From: Macrostomum lignano
Lineage: Eukaryota
NCBI GenBank assembly: GCA_002269645.1
Contig: NIVC01002839.1
Coordinates: 1-64,000 of the forward strand
Length of the DNA: 64,000 nucleotides
Reading direction: 5' to 3'
The notes under the pieces: generated by a model
What the model saw: the letters and a program-made list of their open reading frames with translations, nothing else
Told to the model about the DNA's origin: nothing
The model's database searches: none
Shown: positions 55,265 to 64,000 of the stretch, piece by piece
Numbering within the stretch: position 1 is the first letter of the stretch
Layout: each line of letters starts with the position of its first letter
Position numbers and translations under genes: made by a program

Positions 55265-58200
55265 TAGTGTCTGTCTTAGTGTCTGTCTGTCTGTCTGTCT
55301 GTCTGCCTACCAATCAATCGACCTGTCCATCAATCTAGAATTATAATACAATCGCCACTCACAGTGAGATTGTCGCGAAGCAGCTGCATAATAAGAGTCG
55401 AGTCTTTGTACGAGTCCTCGGCAAGCTCGTCCAGGGCAGCGATAGCGTCGTCGAATGCCTTGCAGTAGCAGTAAAATTAAGACAAAAGTAACAACCAGAT
55501 TAAGAATCAGCTGATTAAAAAAGCCCAGAAGCCAACAGGTAAACAAAGGTAAACAAACCAACCTTTTTAGCCAGCGCGCAAGCAGTTGTTGGCGAATTAC
55601 GAATCTCGTAGAAGAACACGGAATAATTTAGAGCCAGGCCGAGTCGAATTGGATGAGTAGTGGCCAGCTCGCTCTCAGCGTAGCCAGTGGCGGCTTTGTA
55701 AGCCTGCTCAGAGCTGTCAACAACCGCGTCTCGTTCAACCCCGGAGGCCACCTCGGCTAGGTAGCGAAAATAGTCGCCCTTCATCTTGTAGTAGAACACC
55801 TTGGACTCGGGATTGGACGCGTTGGCAATGAGAAAGTCGTCAAGCAGGGTCTGGCGGCGGTTGGTTGAGTTAAAAATTAATGAAAGTAACAGAAAGTAAC
55901 TAGATCTGATGGATGACTTCGCGCTGGAGCAATCAATAATAAAAGGACTTGGTAAATAATTACTTTATTAGCTTCAGGAAAGGCGAGCCTCAATAGTCAA
56001 CAAGAAGACTTAAGACCAGGTAACAAACTGGGCTTTCTAATTTGAAATGCTTTCTAATTTGAATATGCTTTCTAATTTGATTCTTCTTAACTTTAATAAA
56101 ATTCAAACTTAAATGCCTTTAATGAAGATGATTGCAATCAATTTTTAGCCTTTCTTAGTCGTGGAACACCCTGGCTTTCTGCAGCTTATGGCAAAGGCTT
56201 TGCCAAAATACAGAGTGCCTGGCCAAATTTTTTTTGCTGAAAAAGTTATCCTGGACATCTACTGCAAAGTCTGTCAGCATGTACACAAGAGCTGAATGGA
56301 TGTCCATGAAGAGAAAATGGTTAGTAGTTAGTTCAACTGCTCACTTTATGATCAACTTCTCTCAATTTAGAGTGTAGTGTTGCTATGCAGTGCACCTATT
56401 GAAAGAGTATCAACTGGTATAAACATTGCTAAGGCCCTTAATGAAGCCATTGACCAGTTCAATGTATGCTAGAAGATTGTCACCATCATAACAGACAAGT
56501 GATCATAAATGTGCATAGCTCTTCAGGAACTGGAAATTCCAAGGCAGTCTTGTGTCATTTACAAACTGCAAAACTGCATCCGGGACAGTATTCTAGATGA
56601 TGCTAAGACAGCATCTGCTTATTTTTCCATCAGAGATGCAATTGTTAAATGTTGTTTAAATGTGTGTCACTTTTCTACTTCTCTAAAGGCTTATCAAGAG
56701 TGGCCAGAGCTCTGCATTGAACTTGGTACTAAGTCAATGAAGTCCCTCATTTAAGATTTGCAGACATGCTGGGACTCCTGGCTTGCCATGCTTGAGTTGT
56801 TTTGCAACCAGACTCTTGTTGTCTAAATGTGCTAGGAACAGTGCTAGATATTACTTGCTAGTAGCACTTAATCAAGCAGACTAGGATCTTATTGATGCTA
56901 TTATCTATAGCTTGAAGTCCTTCAAGGATATTGCAATTGCCATCTCTAATGTTATCTACAAGGGGTGTCCAAAAAGTAGTGGGAATTTTCAATGTAGTTC
57001 ATAGCAAGAGTCAGATACATAATTGGCGTTGACATTTCATGAAAGCGGCTTTATTAATGAATGTCCCATAAATATACTAGTTTGGGCTCTATGCCCCACT
57101 CACTTTGTCTTTTCAATTTAACTCTAATTTATAATCATTTATTATTTTCTTTACATTAGATAAAAACTATTTTGATACTATCATACTGTTTTTGCCATTT
57201 TGCATACTATGGTATATAAGTGATAGTAGATTTTAGAGTTTTTTGCAATTTGGCATGCAAACCAAAAATACTATGTATATTCAATAAAATTAAAAAGTTT
57301 CTACCTTACAGTGTGCAATAAATTCTTGTTCAGTAGTGACTTTTGAATGACGCAACTTGCACCATGTGATGCAAAGTTTGTGTTGGATAAAGAGGGATTG
57401 GGAAGAGCAAAGGGAAAAGATTGGATAGGTTGAAGCTTTTGCCTAGAGATTGGACAATATCACATTTTTAGATCTTTGAGACCTAAGATTTTATGCTTTT
57501 GATATAATTGAGAATTAATCAAGATTCAAGATTAAGCTTAATTAGCATCTAATAGGCCTATTTACACAATTCTATCTTCTATCAGTACTAATATTATTAC
57601 CTGTTAAATGTGTACAATGATGATAGTAGAAAGAAAAACAATTATATAATATTGAGCTTATAAGTAACCTGATATAAATAAAATATAAATTTGATAATAT
57701 TGTAATCACTATTTATAAATCTAGACTTTGTTTGAGATCCTAAAACCAAGATTGATTTTGAAAAAAGTGCCAAGATCTTGATGATCAAGAATGATATTGG
57801 TATCTTGTCTAACCTCTACTTTTGCCCAGTTTTAATTGTTTTTAAAGCATTTTTTAATATTAAAATGGTTGGCCAAGTGCTAGACACTGGTCAAGACACT
57901 GCTCACTAGGGCAAAAGGTGGCAAATTTTCAATGTTGCTGAGTATATATAGTAGGCCCTATATGATTTGCACTATGATATATATAGAGATAGTGGTGATG
58001 GTAATGCAAAACTCTATCCAACAAGGCCTTATTCCAAGGTATGGTTTTGACAATAAAGATATTGTAATTTCCTTAGGCCAATCATATAAAAAACCTAGAT
58101 CTATACCTAAAAAATTATATAAGAGGGTTGTTCAGAAAGTCCATGATCAATTGTGTCAAACAGATTAATAGATTAAACAAATGTAATGCTAGTCTTCCTA

Positions 58201-61200
58201 CTTTTCAATTTAGGCACCCTTGAGACTTATGTGTTTGTGTCATCTCTCAGGCAACTTCTCAATATTAGCAACATAGAAATTGGCAGGTGACTCCTTGACC
58301 TACTGGCTAATGGCCAATGACAAGTTCTATAAATAGCTATACTAGTGACCTTGGAGGGCTTTTTATCTCTGAATAGCCAGAAGTCTATTATCTGTATCCA
58401 AAAGACCTGGATACAAGGTCTAGCAAATAGGGCAAATGTGGCAGCACCTTGAAGCCTAGGTCTAAAAAAGCAACCATTGTTGCTTGGCATTTTTGTGCTG
58501 AAAAAGATGCCACAGCTCAGCTTGCCATGTTGTTAGGACTTATAGCTTTAAGCAACTTCTGAATTAGATGTAATATTCACTATTGATTATGGCACCATGG
58601 GGAAGCCATTTGATAAGTAGAATGCCTTCCTTATATTATGGTGGCCATTTGCTTGCTAGTTGAAGATGATATCAGGCCCTTGATAAGTATGGGCTCATGG
58701 TTGGCCTTCTATACACTGCTCTGCATCTTGGACTCTGGCTTACTATAATGGAATTAGGATCTATCCTTAGTCATAATCTAGTCTAGGATAATGCCAGTAG
58801 TTTTTTAGTTAATAACTTTTGCATTGTGGCTTGGTAGTCAATCTCTAGAGCATGATGCACAAGCTTAATATTTGACCTTTTGACTATGGAGTGGCAGGCT
58901 GGCCACTCTATAGAAGGTCATCAACTGCACCTTGTTGACTATGATTTTTGATGGTGCAGTGCACATTTACAATTTTTTGCTTGTACCTTGCAAAGAATTT
59001 TCACTTGTTACTTTCTTTGTTTCCACAAAAACCAATGATAGGCTCTACCTTACTTTGCTTCTTCATTATTAAATATATTGATAAAATTATTGTAGGCCTA
59101 TGATTGAAAACACTGTAAGAAAGAAATACTTGGCTTAAACAAGAAAATTTTTGATTTAAAACATTTAGGGTATGATTTTTGTCTATAGTATAAAGTATCA
59201 AGATAAGGAAGTGACTCACTTTTTTAATTAAGCCTATCAATAGGCCTATCAGTAGTGTTGGGCACTATTAATAAAAATCTTAACTTCTATAAATGGCAAG
59301 TATTAGCATTAAAACAAAAAAATCTGTATTTATTAACTTTTAATTTTGTTGATTGAAAATTAACTGATAATTGTTAATAAGCATTAATCCATTAAAGTAT
59401 ATACAAAAAACAGAAATCTTGCACTTTTTTCTAAAACAGACTTCATAATATACTGTCTTTGCTTTTCCATCTTTTTAGCAAAACATGAAGGTCATCTAAG
59501 CAATTAACAAGATAAAAAAGTAATAAATAATAATTTAAAAACTTGTATACATAATACTACTAAAAGGCCTAAACATATAGTAAAGGCATATTTATTTGAA
59601 ACTTAAAAGCTAATTAGTTAATAATAAAATACAAAAAGGAAGGTTTTTTTAATAGCATTGGGACAAATAAGGCAAATAAGATGGATTTGTGTAGTGGTTA
59701 ATTTAGATAGTTCACAATTAGTTAGCAGATTGGCAAGCCACTTCAACCCTTAGACTTTTGCTAGTGCTACTTAAAATTGCTGAATCAGTTAATTAACTAC
59801 TTGGTGTGCCAAAGTAGACAGTGGAAGAGTTGGTATAAGGAGGCCAGACAGTGTCACAGCTAAGGGTTAGCGAGCCTAGGTTGATAAGCAAAGCAAGGGG
59901 AAGGGCAAGAGCGGCTGCTGACTGTAGTGTAAGCATATATTTAAAGGTAAAGAGATAACAACAATACCCTTAATCCAAAACCCAGACAAACAACCCCCCA
60001 CATGGCGCACAATGTACATGTACAAATTAATTGATAAATATATCATGCAAGAATAACATACATCAGTACATGTATATAAGTAGAGCTACTTTACGACAAA
60101 TAATAACAATATGAATGAAATACAAATAATAGAATAAATATATACGAGGCTACAAAAACAAAGCAATTAACAGTAAAAATAGCACGCTAATAATACATAC
60201 GAATATTGTTAAAATAAATGAAAGAATACAGTAGTAGTACGGTATGCATATGAAAATAATAGTGTTCTGCCGTAATTACGGCTACGGCTACGGCAAATTA
60301 CGGCTACGACACTTTTGAAGCCGTATTTTCATTATGGATTATGGTTACGGACATATTTTGAGCTTACGGTTACGGTTACGGATTATGGAGATTTTTCTAG
60401 ACTTGCCGTAATTGGTAGCCGTAACAAAAATTATTTATTTTTAACTGTTTAGTGTTATAAAAGAATTTTTTTATATCAACTTCAACCAGTTTTCATTTTG
60501 TTTTACTAGTTATTATTATTTTTTACATTTGTTAAGTTTCTAAATATCTACAAAACTTCTTGAAAATGAAAAACGATTTTTTTCACGAATTTTCTCATTA
60601 GGCATACTGCATAGCATAGCATAGCGATAGCATGATAGCAGCGAGACAGAGAGAGCCAGTCAAAGCCTACAAGAGACTAAGAATCTGGCATTCTTATTTC
60701 TTAGCCATATGTAGCATTTAGCTCCTTAGCATAAAAATAGGATATTAGATTTAGATTATGAGGATAAGGATGAAAGAATATTAATAAGGAAATACTAAAT
60801 AAATACTAATAGGATAAGAATATGAATTATGATTGAAAATTGATTGAAACCAAAGAAGACAATACAATAGGCAATGCAATAAAATGAAAATGAAAAATGT
60901 AACATGCAATTTCTTAGTCATCGGAAATTTTGAAGCAGTTTTATTTGAACAAATTCATATATTTATTTAATGATATTAAACATACACATTGACCTTGGCA
61001 CGTCAGTCATATATTCATATTGTAGCGAAACAAAACAGAATCACGACACAGAAAACTGAAAAAGGCACCAAGCACACAATTGCATACAACAATGCTATAG
61101 AATACTTCGATAAAGATATTATATTTACGAAAAAATAAATGAATATTAATGCATGAACGAACAACAAGTAGGTTTTATTGTTATCCTTTTATCCTTTTTA

Positions 61201-62327
61201 TCTGTCCTTTTCTGTCTGCCCTACTTTTCATGCAAAAATATCAATTTTTGTTATACATTACGGCTACGGTTATGGCAAATTACGGTTACGGACTTTTTTA
61301 GCCCGTAATGACGGCAAAATTCGGCTACGGAAGTTGCTTCTTTCTTACGGCTACGGTTACGGTTACGGAGGTCAAAACTCGTGGCGGCGGAACACTAGAA
61401 AATAAAGAAATACAATACACGCTTCTACAAATCACACTGTCACACCATTTAGTAGGCACAACAGAAAGTTACAAAATATTTGGAAAGAAAGAAATTAAAG
61501 CAATTGATGCTCATATGCAAGCAATAAAGTTTACAATTTTAATTCATTATTAAAGTTCATTAGTAAAAAGTCATTACATTTGCATGATCATTGTTATAAA
61601 CAAAGAGATTAATTAGGCATTTATCTAGGTAAATTCAAATACATTCATAATGTTGTAACTTCTCTTTAGACTTATATTTTTGTTCTTTTTTTGCATCTTT
61701 GGTCATTGACATTGCCATTAATGTTAGGCCTAACAATGAATTTGTCATTGACATTAGGCCTAATTTTAAACACAAATTTGTTAATTTATTAATTCAAAAA
61801 ATCTTAATGGCAGTCTGTTAAGGATCTGTTAACATTCATGAAAAATCTTAATGCTTATTAATGGATTAGACCTAACGCTTATTAACAGACTGGTGCCCAA
61901 TGGCAATGCTGCCTATCAGAAGGCATATCACTATTCGCTATCAACATTGATTAAAATGCCCCTAAAAATAAAAAAATCAACCTACCAGAACTTCCTTGCA
62001 GATCTTCTGAAGCTCGCTCTCAATCTTAAGACGATATTCTTTTCCCATGGCAAGTTTGGCGTTGGACTTGTCATTTGCACTCTCACTCTTGCTTTCAATG
62101 CTGGAAATTACTCTCCAGGATGAACGACGAGCTCCAACGACATTTTTGTAAGCAACGGAGAGAAGGTTTCGTTCTTCGTTGCCAAGCTCTTGGCCCTTCT
62201 CGGTAACGGACTTCATAGCTTCTGCCATGTCATCGTACCTTTCAGCTTGTTCAGCTAACTTTGCAATATGAACAAGATCATCGCGAGAATAAGAACCAGA
62301 ATTCAGCCATTCAGTAAAAGAAGCCAT
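54584..62327 (-). CDS. 14-3-3: 14-3-3 protein, 265 aa
   Basis: Exons 62327-61986, 55850-55563, 55458-55363 (AAG acceptor), 54655-54584. [67 protein letters not shown]. Confidence 0.97.
54957..55029 (-). mobile_element. 73-nt tRNA-like head (tRNA-derived SINE or tRNA pseudogene) in 14-3-3 intron 3
   Basis: Minus strand GACGGGCCG-TAGCCCAGTAG (A box) ... CTGGTGTGCCAG hairpin ... GGCTCGATTCC (B box) ... TGCAGTC; stems only partly paired. Confidence 0.45.
55095..55306. repeat. (TCTG)n microsatellite in 14-3-3 intron 3
   Basis: Direct observation. Confidence 0.95.
56128..56956 (+). pseudogene. Decayed hAT (Ac/ZBED-like) transposase
   Basis: Manual translation gives [75 protein letters not shown], with many stops and frameshifts. 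Confidence 0.8.
56957..57400 (+). mobile_element. Probable mariner terminal fragment interrupting the hAT transposase
   Basis: TA followed by CAAGGGGTGTCCAAAAAGTAG, a mariner-like TIR; weak AKFV-type motif near 57370. Confidence 0.4.
57444..57818. mobile_element. hAT-type MITE (375 bp); partial relative near 51305-51530
   Basis: Left TIR TAGAGATTGGACAA; right TIR reverse complement TAGAGGTTAGACAA; exact 8-bp TSD CTTTTGCC at 57436-57443 and 57819-57826. Confidence 0.8.
58120..58960 (-). pseudogene. Decayed mariner transposase with its 3' TIR
   Basis: Minus-strand segments [78 protein letters not shown] (stop 58200-58198); TIR-like GAGGGTTGTTCAGAAAGT at 58123. Confidence 0.8.
59253..61911. 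mobile_element. Putative older hAT-type non-autonomous element (about 2.66 kb) hosting the 60260 element
   Basis: Left end TAGTGTTGGGCAC; right end reverse complement CAGCATT(GCCATT)GGGCAC; direct repeat CCTATCAG at 59245-59252 and 61912-61919; AAAATCTTAA near both ends. Confidence 0.45.
60260..61397. mobile_element. Young hAT-type non-autonomous element (1138 bp) with (T/C)TACGG subterminal repeats
   Basis: Left TIR TAGTGTTCTGCCG; right TIR reverse complement TAGTGTTCCGCCG; exact 8-bp TSD GAAAATAA at 60252-60259 and 61398-61405. Confidence 0.9.
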
Positions 62328-63464
62328 TGCAAGACAAAATTTTAAATAATAAGATTATGAATTTATGCACAAATTTCCGCTTGTTAAAGCGTAATTAATC
62401 CAGAGATCAATAACTTTGATTCTAGCAAGTCGCAACGCTCTCAATGTTAAAGGAGATGTTGATTGATGATGATGATGTAGATAACAAATATTTCTTCCTT
62501 AATTTTAAATTTTTGCTACAATGAGTAGTATAACAATTTCAACGCAGATAATGGTAAAATTTGCACAGAAGTTAAAATTAATTACTTCTGATATTCGTTT
62601 TTATTGTTTTTAATTTATTGATTACTTTTTAAGAAAAAAGTTACTGTATCTTTGAGTATAAAGGACTCATGTAAAAATTTAAAGAGGACATCTTCGCAAA
62701 TTTTTCGCCTGCACATGCGTGCGTGATTATATTTGCTTTTGACGAATGCGTGATTGTGATCGTATCGAAAAATCAACAACTGTTTGTTTTTTCCTTACAA
62801 TCAAGATTACCGTTACACTATGAGTCCATTAACTATAAATTATCGAAGTGTACTGCTAACGGGATGATGGGAGCATTTACTTCTGGTTTAGTTGTCTACT
62901 ATACAAACAATACAACAAACTTAAACAGTAGATACTACCATAAAAAACCTCAATGTAGTGAAATCAAACCTAGCCTAGATCCAACTTTTAGTAAATATTT
63001 ATCTGATTTTTAAAACAATCAGTCACACGCGTTCTGGAGCAGAAGCATAGCTACCTCTGGCCATCCGTCTATCAGCTCATAACAGTCCCGAAAAATCGCT
63101 GTTGCACAGTGAGTTCAAAGCAAATTCATGAGTTTTTGCAGTTAATTGGCCCTTTTTTATTTTAGTTTAGGCTGCTCCTCAATAATAATGCCTTTTATTC
63201 CAATATTAATTCATTTTTGTTTAGTGAGTACAGAAGATATTCAAGAGCTCACACCTATTCCTTGGAACAAAAATATTTGTGTCAAAAATATCGGTGTCTT
63301 AGGCTTTATTTGCCAGCTATTATGTCTTTTTATTCTTTTCTCTTTTTGGTGTCAAGTTTTGTATATTGAAAAAAGGTGATATACACATCACAACTTAGGT
63401 AATTCAACTAAATACTATCACTCAACAAAAAACAAATTCTATTCAAGCTCATTCTGGACACGAA
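62328..63464. promoter_or_regulatory. Putative bidirectional promoter between 14-3-3 and the CCDC153-like gene
   Basis: Start codons are head-to-head 1.14 kb apart; the interval is repeat-free and retains CpG. Inference only. Confidence 0.4.
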
Positions 63465-63819
63465 ATGCCGCCAAAAAAGAAAGGAAAGAAAGGCGGCAAA
63501 AAGAAGAAGGATCCCGCAGTCCTGGAGATGGAAGAGAAAGTGGCTCGCGGAATCAAGGAAAACATGTCGCTCAGGTATGGATGGATTTTAACCTTGAGTC
63601 TGATTCTGATTCTAGAAGAACAAGCATATCATGACTTAACCGCGCCGCAAACTCCACAGGGAGGGCATCGCGCAGCGCAAGGACCTGACCCGCAAAGCCC
63701 TGGCCGCCGGCGTGGAGGCCGCTTCAACGAAGGACGGCGCCGTGCGCGAGCTTGAAGAAATGCAAGAAGAGGCAGCCGATGTGAATGCCTACATGAGCAA
63801 GCAGTACAAGATGATGCAG
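63465..63819 (+). CDS. CCDC153: CCDC153/DRC12-like coiled-coil ciliary protein, 5' partial (continues beyond the window)
   Basis: Exons 63465-63574 and 63660-63819. MPPKKKGKKGGKKKK start, then a coiled coil ending DVNAYMSKQYKMMQ, followed by a GT donor. Confidence 0.65.
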
Positions 63820-63902
63820 GTGGGTGTAAAAAAGGGGCCAAAAGCTTATTGTCGGAAATCATTTTTAAAGAGGCAGAAAGATTACCATGCTGAGAAAAAG
63901 AC

Positions 63903-64000
<98 letters not shown>
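63903..64000. repeat. (GACA)n microsatellite running off the window edge
   Basis: Direct observation. Confidence 0.97.

Noticed and set aside
58190-58225. GGCACCCTTG as the right TIR pairing with the mariner end at 56957
   Set aside because: It falls inside the C-terminal coding region (LKGA) of the minus-strand mariner.
56128-58960. Stop-codon reassignment as the explanation for TAA/TAG at Gln/Trp positions
   Set aside because: Intact genes in the window terminate with TAA, TAG and TGA, and the fossils also contain frameshifts; this is decay, not an alternative code.

Overview
Eukaryotic (animal) genomic DNA, with no prokaryotic features. A free-living flatworm such as Macrostomum is my inference, from the flatworm-type 14-3-3 N-terminus ([14 protein letters not shown]), TTAGGG repeats, GC-rich exons and tandem-repeat-filled introns. 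Six complete spliced genes could be reconstructed by hand with GT-AG introns and continuous reading frames: a sex-peptide/MIP-receptor-like GPCR (+), casein kinase I delta/epsilon (-), an OCRL/INPP5B-like inositol 5-phosphatase (+), DNA ligase I (-), an R7-family RGS (-) and a 14-3-3 (-). The first two exons of a CCDC153/DRC12-like gene (+) lie at the right edge. Most long ORFs in the supplied track are translations of tandem repeats. Highlights: (1) a 1.15-kb miniature Polinton/Maverick derivative with AG...CT termini, an exact 6-bp TSD and an adenain-protease remnant; (2) LIG1 with a two-AUG layout (putative mitochondrial presequence ahead of the PIP-box start), a coding minisatellite and an H3K9-like ARK motif; (3) sharply bounded CpG-free compartments where transposon fossils show CpG and apparently CpA decay and TAGGCCTA is enriched; (4) a four-element nest of MITEs with exact TSDs; (5) a hairpin-rich GC element fused to an interstitial telomeric tract; (6) a tandem array in every intron of four consecutive genes, nearly all different. 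Gene coordinates were counted by hand; repeat boundaries are approximate.
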